64,000 nucleotides of DNA from Candidatus Eiseniibacteriota bacterium. GTDB taxonomy: Bacteria; Eisenbacteria; RBG-16-71-46; CAZAMP01. The notes beneath the pieces were generated by a model. The model worked only from the letters and a program-made list of their open reading frames with translations. It was not told the origin of the DNA and ran no database searches. A program made the position numbers and the translations under genes. Positions 1-9,509 of the stretch are shown piece after piece; the stretch's first letter is position 1, and every line of letters begins with the position of its first letter. The stretch spans positions 1,984,001-2,048,000 of the forward strand of contig OZ245046.1 in assembly GCA_965224245.1 (NCBI GenBank), given 5' to 3'.

Positions 1-69
1 CTCTAACGTGCCGCGCTCGGCGCCTCCCATTCTCAGCGTCGATGCGACCAACATGATGCGCTGTGCCAT
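1..69 (-). CDS. Glycosyltransferase family 4, N-terminus only (runs off left edge)
   Basis: Manual translation from ATG at 69: MAQRIMLVASTLRMGGAERGTLE. GGAER motif typical of GT4 N-termini; GAGG RBS upstream; follows the stop of the upstream GT4. Not in the ORF track. Confidence 0.75.
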   Translation of the reverse strand, partial: MAQRIMLVASTLRMGGAERGTLE

Positions 70-79
70 GGGGGTCACC

Positions 80-1300
80 TCATGCCGCCGGATGTCCGAC
101 GCGCAGCTCGTCGAACAGCGAGAGCGTCCGGAGCCGGGTCGCCTCGGGCCCGTAGCGCCGCGACGCCAGCTCGCGTCCGGCGGTCCGGAGTCGCCGGGCC
201 TCGTCGGGGTGTGTCAACAGATGCAGGATCGACTCGGCGAGCCCTTCGGGGCTGTCGGCTTCGAGATGGTGCTCGCCGGCCTTCAGCATCAATCCCGACA
301 CCGCCACCGGCGTCGCGACGACCGCGGCGCCGATCGTGAGCGCCTCGAGGAGTCGGATCCGGAGCCCGCCCGCGAACCGGAGCGGCACCACGAAGACGCT
401 CGTGCGCTGGATGAAGCGAACCAGATCGTCGACGTAGCCCAGGAACCGCACGTCACCGGCTCCGCTCCGCGCGAGGAGATCTTCCGGCGCGTCGCCGCCG
501 GCGATCTCGAGCGTCGCGTCACCCACCCGCTCGCGCACGCGCGGCCAGATCTCATCGAGCAGGAACTCGATCGCGTCCACGTTGAACCGACCCTTGAACG
601 AGCCGAGAAAGCCGACGACGTTGGGCGCGGGCTCGCTGTCCGAGGGCGGAGGGTCGAACGGCACACCCACCGGGAGGACGCGGACCTCGCCCTGGTAGGT
701 CGGGCCGAACGCGTCCAGGAACGCCCTCCGATCCTCGTCGGTCAGCGCGAGAACGGTGTCGCACCGGCCGAGCGTCTCGATCTCGCGCCGGGACTCGCGG
801 GCGAGACGCCAGGTGCGCCAGGCCGAGCCCCCCACCAGGTCGGACTCGAGGCGCCGGCGCACGAACTCGGCGTCGTGCGCCAGCACGACCACACGGCCCG
901 AGCGGACGCGCGGCACCAGACGGGCCAGCTTCCAGTACTCGAGGAGCACCACGTCGAAGGCCGTCTCGCTCGTCCAGCGCTCCAGTGCGTCGGCGAACTC
1001 GGCGGGCGTCGAGTAGTAGTAGTCGCGGGGATACCCGGTGACGATCGCCGAGAGATCGTTGCGCACGCGGTAGGCGGCGCGGTGCGCCGGCGAGCGCCGG
1101 TTGGGCATCGGGATCGCCCGTACCTCGACGCCCCGGGACTGGAGCGCGTCGACCAGCGGCGCCTCGGCCCGGTTCTCGAGCATCGTGAGGTACGAGACGT
1201 CGTGAGCGGTCGTGAGTGCGTCCAGCAGGCCCAGCGTGACGCGGCGGCTACCCTGGTGCGGGGGCAGCGGGAGATACGGCTTCACGACCAGGATCTTCAT
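80..1300 (-). CDS. Glycosyltransferase family 4 (GT-B)
   Basis: PYLPLPPHQG N-terminus; FLGS..NVDA; FLGYVDDL; PLRFAGGLRIRLLEA..G.AVVAT motif. Confidence 0.9.
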   Translation of the reverse strand: MKILVVKPYLPLPPHQGSRRVTLGLLDALTTAHDVSYLTMLENRAEAPLVDALQSRGVEVRAIPMPNRRSPAHRAAYRVRNDLSAIVTGYPRDYYYSTPAEFADALERWTSETAFDVVLLEYWKLARLVPRVRSGRVVVLAHDAEFVRRRLESDLVGGSAWRTWRLARESRREIETLGRCDTVLALTDEDRRAFLDAFGPTYQGEVRVLPVGVPFDPPPSDSEPAPNVVGFLGSFKGRFNVDAIEFLLDEIWPRVRERVGDATLEIAGGDAPEDLLARSGAGDVRFLGYVDDLVRFIQRTSVFVVPLRFAGGLRIRLLEALTIGAAVVATPVAVSGLMLKAGEHHLEADSPEGLAESILHLLTHPDEARRLRTAGRELASRRYGPEATRLRTLSLFDELRVGHPAA

Positions 1301-2388
1301 CGCCAGGTCTCTCGGTAGACGTCGATCGTGGCCCGAGCCATGTGATCGACGGTGAATCGGCGCTCGTACAGCGCCCGGGCCGAACGACCCATCGCGGCAC
1401 GCCGATCCGGGTCCGCGAGAAGCGTCCCCAGCGCGGCGGTCAGCGCGGGTGCATCGCCGCGGGGCACCAGGAGCGCCGCGTCGCTGCCCGCGTACATCTC
1501 GGGTATGCCGTAAATATCGGTGGCCACGGCCGCTCGCCCCATCGCCATCGCTTCCAGGAGCACCAGCGGGACGCCCTCCCGAGAGGACGGCAGCACGACG
1601 AGATCCGAGGCGGCGAGGACGCGCTCAGGGTCGGGACGCCGGCCGGTGAACGTGACCCGATCGGCGAGCCCGAGGTGGGCGGCGAGGTGGCGCAAATCGG
1701 CCTCGTCCTCGCCTTCCCCCACCACGGCCAGCCGCCAGGGCTGCCGCACGGGCGAGAGCGCCTCGAACAGGATCCGGTGTCCCTTGCGTGCGGTCAGCGC
1801 GCCGAGATGAACGACGAGGGGCTCGCCGTCGGCCGCGCCCAGCTCGCGGCGCACGCGCAGGCGATCGACCTCGTTCACCGGGGCGGGATCGGGCACCCCG
1901 TTGAACACGACGCGGATCGTCGCGTCACGGAGGCCGTGCCGCTCGGTCAGATCGCGACGGTTCGACTCGCTGAGCGTGATCACCCGATCCACTGCGCGGG
2001 TCATGGCGGCCCGGATTCGACCGCGCAGGCGCATCGGGTCGATCATGGTCAGGTGCTCGGTGGTCACGACCGCTCGCGCACCGGCGAGCCGGGCCAGGGG
2101 CGCGACGCCCGTGTACTGCGCAGCGTAGGAGTGCGGGAGGTTCAGATGCACCACGTCGGGTCGCCGGTGGCGAATCGACCGCCACAGCGCACGGACGAGA
2201 CCGCGTGTCGAATCGGGCGCCCGGTCGACCTCGACCCCCAGCGCGGTCAGGCGATCACACCACACGTCCAGCGCGCGCCGGGCGCGAGCCACGATCGCCA
2301 CCTGCCACCGCGTCGGGAAGCCGAGCGCCAGATACTCGAGATAGCGCTCGGCGCCGCCTTCGTACGGCGCATCGGAATAGAACAGCAC
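1297..2388 (-). CDS. Glycosyltransferase family 4
   Basis: GGAERY, TTEH, RKGH and LPSSREGVPLVLLEAMAMG motifs. Start moved to GTG 2388 (GAGG upstream) because the ORF-track extension overlaps the upstream gene. Confidence 0.9.
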   Translation of the reverse strand: MLFYSDAPYEGGAERYLEYLALGFPTRWQVAIVARARRALDVWCDRLTALGVEVDRAPDSTRGLVRALWRSIRHRRPDVVHLNLPHSYAAQYTGVAPLARLAGARAVVTTEHLTMIDPMRLRGRIRAAMTRAVDRVITLSESNRRDLTERHGLRDATIRVVFNGVPDPAPVNEVDRLRVRRELGAADGEPLVVHLGALTARKGHRILFEALSPVRQPWRLAVVGEGEDEADLRHLAAHLGLADRVTFTGRRPDPERVLAASDLVVLPSSREGVPLVLLEAMAMGRAAVATDIYGIPEMYAGSDAALLVPRGDAPALTAALGTLLADPDRRAAMGRSARALYERRFTVDHMARATIDVYRETWR

Positions 2389-2435
2389 GGTCCGAACCTC
2401 TCGGGTCGGGGATGGTCCGGCGCGAACGGCCTGGG

Positions 2436-3284
2436 TCAGAACGCACCTCGTCCGGAGATCACGGCCGGGATCGTTCGAAGCAGGATTCGGAGATCCAGCG
2501 CGAAGGAACGCCGGGACACGTACTCGAGGTCGAGTCGCATCCACTCCTCGAAGCCGATCAGGCTGCGACCGGAGATCTGCCACAGGCACGTGAGGCCCGG
2601 GCGAACCGCGAGCCGCCGGCGCTGCCAGGGCTCGTACTGGACGACCTCCTCGGGCTCGGGAGGGCGGGGACCGACCAGCGTCATGTGGCCCACGAGCACG
2701 TGTACCAGCTGGGGGAGCTCGTCGATGCTGGTACGACGCAGCCACCGGCCGACCCGGGTCATGCGGGGATCCCGCGAGAGCTTGAATACCGGACCGTCGA
2801 CCTCATTCAGATGGAGCAGCTTGGACTTGTCGCAATCGGCGCCGTTGGCCATGGAGCGGAACTTCCAGAACGTGAACGGTACCCCGCCGCGGCCGACGCG
2901 GGTACATCGGTACAGCACCGGTCCCGGTGAGTCGAGGCGGATCACGACGGCGATGATCACGAACAGCGGCAGCAGGATCGCCAGCGCGAGCGCCGCCACG
3001 ACGACGTCCAGCGCCCGCTTCCCGAAGCGGAGGTAGAACGAGTTGTCGGCCACGGTGTCGATCGCCGCGTCCGTCGCGTCCGGGCCACGACCGTTGTGTC
3101 GGGCCGAGCCGTTCAGGATCGGCGCCCCCGGTCGCGGGCCGTCGGCGCGGCCGACACGCGCAGCACCGGAGCCGGAGGGCTCGGCGGCGGTCGCGGGATC
3201 GGGCGCAGGGGGTGGTGGATTTGCGCCGGTGCGCTTGGAGGATGCCATCGACGGTGTGGACCCCAGGGTGTTTCTCGCGTACAT
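2436..3284 (-). CDS. Priming sugar (phosphoglycosyl) transferase, WcaJ/WbaP C-terminal type, with low-complexity N-terminal extension
   Basis: KRALD, KFRSM, DPRMTRVGRWLRRTSIDELPQL, VGPRP, PGLTCLWQISGR. Confidence 0.93.
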   Translation of the reverse strand: MYARNTLGSTPSMASSKRTGANPPPPAPDPATAAEPSGSGAARVGRADGPRPGAPILNGSARHNGRGPDATDAAIDTVADNSFYLRFGKRALDVVVAALALAILLPLFVIIAVVIRLDSPGPVLYRCTRVGRGGVPFTFWKFRSMANGADCDKSKLLHLNEVDGPVFKLSRDPRMTRVGRWLRRTSIDELPQLVHVLVGHMTLVGPRPPEPEEVVQYEPWQRRRLAVRPGLTCLWQISGRSLIGFEEWMRLDLEYVSRRSFALDLRILLRTIPAVISGRGAF

Positions 3285-3662
3285 GGCGACGCTCCGGGTG
3301 CTCTTGCGCTATCGAACTCGTAACGACACGATCGTCTGGTCGGCCCCGGCGAAACGGGACGTCGCAGGGAACCGTCAGGTGGGCGACAGAGTAAACCCGG
3401 GTGCGACACACCCGGTCAGACTGCCGGAACCTCGCCTGTCAGTGTCGAGACCGCCCAACAGTTCCGATAACAAGCGTCGTTACGCGTCCTCCCGGAGGTT
3501 TGAGACGGCAGGCGCCCGACGAAAGGGCTTTAGCTCGTCGGACCGACGTAGTATACCATAGCGCCAGAGGCCCACCAACAATCCGCGGGGCCACCAGCTG
3601 ACGCGAGCCGGTCCCGTCGCCGCTCGCAACCCTTCGCTGTGCAACGCGTTGGAGCGCCTCTC

Positions 3663-4343
3663 GTGATAGCCGGCAAGTCCGTGTCCCTCGTCCTCCCCTG
3701 CTACAACGAGGAAGAAGGCGTCCAGCGCGTGATCGCGTCGTTGCCCGATGGCATCGACGAGATCATCGTCGTCGACAACAACTGCACCGATCGCACGGCC
3801 GAGGTCGCCGCGGGCCTCGGCGCGACCGTCGTCCGCGAGTCCACCCCCGGCTACGGCGCCGCCTACAAGGCGGGCTTCCGGGCCGTGACCGGCGACGTCG
3901 TGGTGACCATGGACGGCGACGGCACGTATCCAACCGAATCCATCGTCCCTCTGGTCACGTCTCTGGAGGCGGATCGGCTCGATTTCATCTCGGGGTGCCG
4001 TTTTCCGCTGGCCAACTCGAGCGCGATGGCACCCATGAATCAGCTCGGCAACATGGTGCTCACGATCGCGGCGGCGATCCTGTTCCTGACCCCGCTGCGC
4101 GACTCGCAGTCAGGCATGTGGGTCTTCCGCCGCGAGGTCCTCGATCGGATCCACCTGGCGAGCGACGGCATGCCGCTCAGCGAGGAGATCAAGATCGAGG
4201 CGATCCGGCGGCGGGCCGTCCGGTTCGAGGAGCGGCACATCCCCTACCACCCGCGGGTCGGCGAGGTGAAGCTCCTGATGTGGCGCGACGGGCTCCGGAA
4301 CCTCCTGTACCTGGTGAAGCTCCGCTTCCGCTCCGCGTCCTGA
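3663..4343 (+). CDS. Glycosyltransferase family 2 (DPM1/polyprenol-phosphate glycosyltransferase-like)
   Basis: LPCYNEE, VVDNNCTD, GYGAA, MDGDGTY, DSQSG, Y.PRVGEVKL. GTG 3663 has GGAG upstream. Confidence 0.9.
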   Translation: MIAGKSVSLVLPCYNEEEGVQRVIASLPDGIDEIIVVDNNCTDRTAEVAAGLGATVVRESTPGYGAAYKAGFRAVTGDVVVTMDGDGTYPTESIVPLVTSLEADRLDFISGCRFPLANSSAMAPMNQLGNMVLTIAAAILFLTPLRDSQSGMWVFRREVLDRIHLASDGMPLSEEIKIEAIRRRAVRFEERHIPYHPRVGEVKLLMWRDGLRNLLYLVKLRFRSAS

Positions 4344-4356
4344 TCGCGTCACCACG

Positions 4357-5793
4357 TCATCGACGCCCGCGTGCCGCCGCCTCCGGCTCGGTGCGCCGCG
4401 CGATCTTCCACAGGCCCATCGTCGCCCCCAGCATGAAGAACACGTAGTACGTGAACGTGAATCCGCGCTGGAAGTCGGTTCGCTGCTGCGAGACGACGAA
4501 CACGACCATCATCACGTGAAAGACCAGGAGGAGATCGCGCGTCGGGTTCACCCCGAGCCGACGCGCCCTCTCGGCCCAGGTCTTCCGGAGCACCGTGACC
4601 ATCGTCCACACGAACCCGACCAGCCCCGTGATGCCCACCGTGATCCAGTAGTACGCGAACGCGTTGTGCGGCCAGAAAACGAAGACGTCGCGATCGGGAA
4701 GACTGAGGCGATAGTACGGTCCCTCCCCCAGGAGCGGATTGTGGAGGAGGCGGTACTTGACGTGCTCGAACACACCGACCCGCGTCTCGGGCAGCACGCC
4801 GTAGAACTTCGTGTGAAACAGCCGGTAGAAGACCGAGAGAGTGCGGCCGGTCTGGGAGAGCACCGTATCCACCGCGATCAGCAGCGTCGCCACCGCGGCC
4901 GAGCCCACGACCAGAGTGCTGGTACCGATGCGACGGCGGGCCAGGAGCGCCAGATACACGATCCCGGTGAAGAGCCCGACCAGACCCCCTCGGTTGGACG
5001 TCAGGAACAGAACCACGAGCGCCCCCACGCCCATCGACGCGTAGAACAGCCTGGCCAGCCCGCGCCGGGAGGTCAGGAATAGGTACACGTGCAGCGGAAA
5101 GTGGATCGAGCAGAAGTCCGCGAGCATGTCGTGGCTGCCGAGAAGTCCGCCCGAACGGATGACGCCGCCTCCCAGCCGATAGCTGGCCTCGCCGATCTTG
5201 CCGAGGCCGGTGATCGAGATGCCGGTCGCCACCTCCACGATGGAGGTGACGTAGATGATCCCCGCCACCACGTGCATGGCGCGGACGAGCGCGATCACGT
5301 CCGAGTGGCGCTGCACGGCCGCGTAGGTCAGATAGAAGATCATCAGCGAGCCGATGTGGTTCTGGGTGTACCACCAGGCCTGTATCATGGGACCGCTCTC
5401 GCGGGTCACGCTGGGCCAGGACAGCGCATACCCCAGCGTCAGCACGATCAGCGCCACGTCGCACGGCGTTCGCTCCGGTGCCGGCGCGCGTCCCAGACGC
5501 GCGCGCGCCAGCCAGGACACGAAGGCCAGCGTCACCAGGACGAAGTTCGTGGGACCGATGACGATGTTGGCCGGAAACAGCGTCGCCACCAGGAAGATGC
5601 CGATGCCGGCGGACAGCGGCAGCGCGATGATTCCCCCGACCACCGCCATCCCCATGACGGCCTTCACCCAGCGCAGGTTCGTGTTGACGCCGAACACGTA
5701 GAAGACCCCGATCACGCCCAGGATCAGGGCCACCACCATGAACGGATACACGCGGGGGCTGTAGAGCCGCTCGCGTGCGACGTCGAGATTCAC
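4357..5793 (-). CDS. O-antigen ligase / Wzy polymerase family membrane protein
   Basis: About 12 hydrophobic segments; LTSNRGG and PHN..GITG motifs of the Wzy_C family; GTGA overlap with upstream stop. Confidence 0.8.
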   Translation of the reverse strand: MNLDVARERLYSPRVYPFMVVALILGVIGVFYVFGVNTNLRWVKAVMGMAVVGGIIALPLSAGIGIFLVATLFPANIVIGPTNFVLVTLAFVSWLARARLGRAPAPERTPCDVALIVLTLGYALSWPSVTRESGPMIQAWWYTQNHIGSLMIFYLTYAAVQRHSDVIALVRAMHVVAGIIYVTSIVEVATGISITGLGKIGEASYRLGGGVIRSGGLLGSHDMLADFCSIHFPLHVYLFLTSRRGLARLFYASMGVGALVVLFLTSNRGGLVGLFTGIVYLALLARRRIGTSTLVVGSAAVATLLIAVDTVLSQTGRTLSVFYRLFHTKFYGVLPETRVGVFEHVKYRLLHNPLLGEGPYYRLSLPDRDVFVFWPHNAFAYYWITVGITGLVGFVWTMVTVLRKTWAERARRLGVNPTRDLLLVFHVMMVVFVVSQQRTDFQRGFTFTYYVFFMLGATMGLWKIARRTEPEAAARGRR

Positions 5794-6806
5794 CGCCGGG
5801 TCTCCGTGACGGGGGCTTCGTCGACCGGTCCGGGGGAGTCCAGCGCGGACCTGAACGACACGTTCTCGCGAAGGAAGTACACCAGGCCCAGCAGTGTCAC
5901 CGGGGCGTACTGCCCGAACCAGTAGAACCACGACGCCGACACGGCGACCTTCTCGTCCACGCCGAAGGGCTCGACGGCCAGCGTGAAGAAGTACTGCATC
6001 GTCCCCAGGTAGCCCGGTGCCGATGGCAGCATCACCCCGATCGAGACGACACCGACCAGCAGGAGCGGGGCACCCAGGGGCAGATCCAGGGCGAAGGCCT
6101 CCAGGGACCAGTGGTACGCGGCCATGTAGCAGATCCAGACCCCGACCGACTCGAGCAGACAGAACACGGTGACCCGCGGGCTCCGGAGGATCTCGAGACC
6201 GTTCCGGAACGAGTCCAGGAGTCTCGCGACGCGATCTCCCCAGCGCGACGTTCCCCCCGGCAGCACCCGGACGACGGACCCCGTGCTCTCGGTCCGCCGG
6301 GCCACGACCGCCAGCGCGGCGAGAACCGCCACCGACACCACCGCGAAGACGCGCAGGGGGGTGTGGATCTCGGAGGGCAGGCCGTGCGTGACGGCACCGA
6401 TGGCGAGGATGCCCACCAGCGCCAGCACGTCGAACACGCGCTCGACGGCGACCGTCGCCAGTGCGGCGCTGCGGCTGATGGACTCCTTGCGTCCGATCAC
6501 GACCGCCCGCACGACCTCGCCCGCCCGCATCGGCAAGACGTTGTTGGCCATGAAGCCGATCGAAACGGCAGAGAACGCGCTGCCGAACGGGACGCGCTTG
6601 ATCGGAGCCAGGATGAGCTGCCAGCGATGTGCCCGGACCACGAGCGACACGATCACGGCGACCATCGCCGGGATCAGGTACAGGTGCTCGGCGCCCGCGA
6701 GCTCTGCCATGAGCTCGCCCACCGTGACCTCCCGCATGGAGAAGTACAGGCAGATCGCGCTCAGCACGAGCCCGAACACGATTCTGAGGAGGTGGCGTCG
6801 GGTCAC
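5790..6806 (-). CDS. Lysylphosphatidylglycerol synthase TM / flippase-like (UPF0104) membrane protein
   Basis: RAHRW..L, GFMANNVLPMRAGEVVR, ERVFD, PSAPGYLG; GTG 6806 overlaps the Wzx stop. Confidence 0.85.
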   Translation of the reverse strand: MTRRHLLRIVFGLVLSAICLYFSMREVTVGELMAELAGAEHLYLIPAMVAVIVSLVVRAHRWQLILAPIKRVPFGSAFSAVSIGFMANNVLPMRAGEVVRAVVIGRKESISRSAALATVAVERVFDVLALVGILAIGAVTHGLPSEIHTPLRVFAVVSVAVLAALAVVARRTESTGSVVRVLPGGTSRWGDRVARLLDSFRNGLEILRSPRVTVFCLLESVGVWICYMAAYHWSLEAFALDLPLGAPLLLVGVVSIGVMLPSAPGYLGTMQYFFTLAVEPFGVDEKVAVSASWFYWFGQYAPVTLLGLVYFLRENVSFRSALDSPGPVDEAPVTETRR

Positions 6807-8338
6807 GATGGCACCCTCCCGAACCACGCGAGCGCCCGTCGCACCCGGTGACCGGGCACGAGCCGGATCAGGCCGGCGTCGTCGGCGCGAAAGACGCCGA
6901 CCGCCTTCATGCCGGCCGCGAGCAGCACGGTCGCCGCCAGCGCGGCCCACAGGAGCGAGGCGGCGTCCGATACGCGGTCGCGCACCAGCCACAGCACGAT
7001 GAGTCCCGACGATCCGGCGTAGGCCCGCACCAGGAACCCCCAGGGTATCGACACGACGTAGCCGAGGCGCTCGAGGATCCGACTGTAGCAGAGCGGCATG
7101 GCCGCCACCGCCAGCGTCACGGGGATCACCGCCCCCCATCGCCAGTCCCAGGGGATCAGCACCGCGTTCAAACCCACGTTCAGGATCGCCGCCCCGATCC
7201 AGACCGCGAGGTTCAGCCACGTCTTCTCCAGAATGTATAACGTCATGCTGAGCGGTGTTCCGAAGAAGCTGACGCACTGCACCAGGAAGAAGACCTGGGC
7301 CAGGAAGGCCCCGGGCGCGTACTCCTGCCCGTAGGCGACCACGAGCGCCCGGTCGCCCAGCACCGCTCCTCCCACGCTGAGCGGCGCGGCGATCAGGAAC
7401 AGGAGCTTGAAGTACGTGGTCAGGAGGCGGCGCGCGCGCTCCTGGTCGATCGTGAACACCGCGGAGTAGGACGCCATGACCACCGGCCAGATGGCCGTGG
7501 GGATGAACTCCAGGATCAGCTGCGGGAAGCCGTACGCGACGCCGAAGCACCCGTTCTCGAAGTCTCCCCAGTGGTAGTTGATGAAGAACGACTCCGAGTT
7601 GCGCCAGACGACGGTGTGGCACAGCCGGATGAAGACGAACGGCACGCTGTAGGCGAGCACGCGCCTCAGCGTCAGCGGCAGGAGCTCCCGATCGCCGGTC
7701 GTCCCCGACCGAGTCCAGAGCCCGGCCGCGAGCACGCCGAACGCCGCGACGTTGGCCACCGCACCGGCCACCAGGACACCGACCACGCCCCCGCCCATCT
7801 GGAAGCTCGTCAGGAGCGATCCCAGGAACAGCACCTGCCACAGCAAGGAGGCCCCGGCCAGGAACCGCATCTCGAGCAGCGCCTGGTAGACCTGCGTGGC
7901 GACGTCGAACGCGAGCCGACAGATCAACAGCCACATGGCCACGACGATCAGGGACGCCTTGGCGTCGGTCCGGGCCAGGGTGGTCAGCCAGTCCGGAGTT
8001 CCGGCCACCACGGCGAGCGTCGCCAGCCACCCCAGCACCTGGAAGCCGAGGGTCCACCCGAGAAACCGGCGCAGCGCGGCGCGTGAGCGCCCCAGACGCA
8101 GCTCGGGCAGAAACCGGAGCGCCGCCTGTCCCATCCCCACCGACGCCAGCGCCGACGCGATCTCCATCGCCGACATCGCCAGGAAGTACTGGCCGACCGC
8201 GTCGGCACCGAGCACGCGACGGATCAGGAGATGCGCGACGAACATCAGCGCGAAACGGAGCACCTTCAGCGCCGCCCCCCAGGCCACCGCGTGGCCCGCG
8301 CGCTGGGCGGTCTCGGCGATTGCGTCGCGCGGGGTCAT
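6803..8338 (-). CDS. Wzx-type oligosaccharide flippase
   Basis: About 14 TM segments; RVLG...VGQYFLA..., G...A.LRFLPE; LNVGLNAVLIP.W..WGA; ATG 8338 overlaps upstream stop. Confidence 0.85.
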   Translation of the reverse strand: MTPRDAIAETAQRAGHAVAWGAALKVLRFALMFVAHLLIRRVLGADAVGQYFLAMSAMEIASALASVGMGQAALRFLPELRLGRSRAALRRFLGWTLGFQVLGWLATLAVVAGTPDWLTTLARTDAKASLIVVAMWLLICRLAFDVATQVYQALLEMRFLAGASLLWQVLFLGSLLTSFQMGGGVVGVLVAGAVANVAAFGVLAAGLWTRSGTTGDRELLPLTLRRVLAYSVPFVFIRLCHTVVWRNSESFFINYHWGDFENGCFGVAYGFPQLILEFIPTAIWPVVMASYSAVFTIDQERARRLLTTYFKLLFLIAAPLSVGGAVLGDRALVVAYGQEYAPGAFLAQVFFLVQCVSFFGTPLSMTLYILEKTWLNLAVWIGAAILNVGLNAVLIPWDWRWGAVIPVTLAVAAMPLCYSRILERLGYVVSIPWGFLVRAYAGSSGLIVLWLVRDRVSDAASLLWAALAATVLLAAGMKAVGVFRADDAGLIRLVPGHRVRRALAWFGRVPS

Positions 8339-9507
8339 CGTGAGAAGCGTGCGTCGGCCGGCGGGGTGGAGCCCGCCAGCCAGCGCACCTCGTCGACGAA
8401 GAGCGACTTCAGGTCGAGAATGGAGCGCGGTGGCGAGGCCGGTGGGCTCGACGTGAACAGCCACGCATCTGCGCTGGAGTCCTCGGGTCCGTATCCGTGC
8501 ATGGCCGCGCACGCGCGTTCGCCCATGTAGGACGGTGCGATCACGTGTCCCGCCTCGAGGAGGTATGTCGCCTCGCCGTACCGGTGATCGGGAAAGTCGA
8601 TGCCGTACGCCTCGACGTCCTCGGCGCTCAGCCAGCGGCCCCAGGACGTGTCCGGGAGCGCGAGGTGAATGGCCTCCCGAGCGCCCGGTCGCCGGAACCA
8701 GAACCTGGCCATCGTGCTGTCCGAGAACACGAGGTAGTCGCGCGGAACCCGGAGGTCGGTGGCGGCCAGCGCACCGTGAACGTCGTGAACGGCCGTCACG
8801 TCGGTCATGCCGTGATCGCTGAACACGAACAGATGCAGCTCGCGATCGGCGGCCGCACGCCGGATCTCGCCGATCCAGGTCTCGTAGGTCCGCAGCTTGG
8901 CGGCGACGCGCTCGTCTCCCACGCCCGCGCGATGCATCAGCGCGTCCAGCTCGGCACTGTAGAGGAGCAGAAACGACGAACGCCCCGCCGAGAGATCGGC
9001 GAGCAGCTCACCGTAGGCACGCTCCTCGGGGACCCGCCACGACCAGATGCGATGGTCCAGCCCCGACCTTGCCACGACGTCCAGAAACGTCTCGTGCGGC
9101 GGAACGCCCCCGGGCGCGAAGATGTCGTGCCGCTGGCAGAGGTCGAACTCCGACAGGACGTTCAGCGGCAGATCGTAGAGCTCGAAGTAGCCGCCGATCC
9201 TCCGGCTCAGGCGCCGTTTCAGGAACTGACGGAGCTTGCCCCGGCCCTTCGTGTGGTGCGCGAGGAGCATCAACGGTCGGTACGCGCGAAAGACGCCCTG
9301 GCCGAGATCGCGCCGGTACATCGAGAAGTGCCCGTGCTCGCGCGGCAGGCGTCCGGTCAGCAGTGACGGAATGGCGGACGAGGAGTAGCCGATCACGGTC
9401 CGGAGTCGATGGTGCGAGCCGGGCTCGCCGGCGAGGAAACCGTGCCGGGTCACCACGTCGGCGCCCAGGGCGTCGATGAACAGCACCACCGTGGCTCGTC
9501 CGGTCAC
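8335..9507 (-). CDS. Alkaline phosphatase superfamily / nucleotide pyrophosphatase-phosphodiesterase
   Basis: FIDALG, GYSSSAIPSLLTG, DALMH, SDHG and MHGY metal/nucleophile motifs; probable GTG start at 9507. Confidence 0.85.
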   Translation of the reverse strand: MTGRATVVLFIDALGADVVTRHGFLAGEPGSHHRLRTVIGYSSSAIPSLLTGRLPREHGHFSMYRRDLGQGVFRAYRPLMLLAHHTKGRGKLRQFLKRRLSRRIGGYFELYDLPLNVLSEFDLCQRHDIFAPGGVPPHETFLDVVARSGLDHRIWSWRVPEERAYGELLADLSAGRSSFLLLYSAELDALMHRAGVGDERVAAKLRTYETWIGEIRRAAADRELHLFVFSDHGMTDVTAVHDVHGALAATDLRVPRDYLVFSDSTMARFWFRRPGAREAIHLALPDTSWGRWLSAEDVEAYGIDFPDHRYGEATYLLEAGHVIAPSYMGERACAAMHGYGPEDSSADAWLFTSSPPASPPRSILDLKSLFVDEVRWLAGSTPPADARFSR

Positions 9508-9509
9508 GG

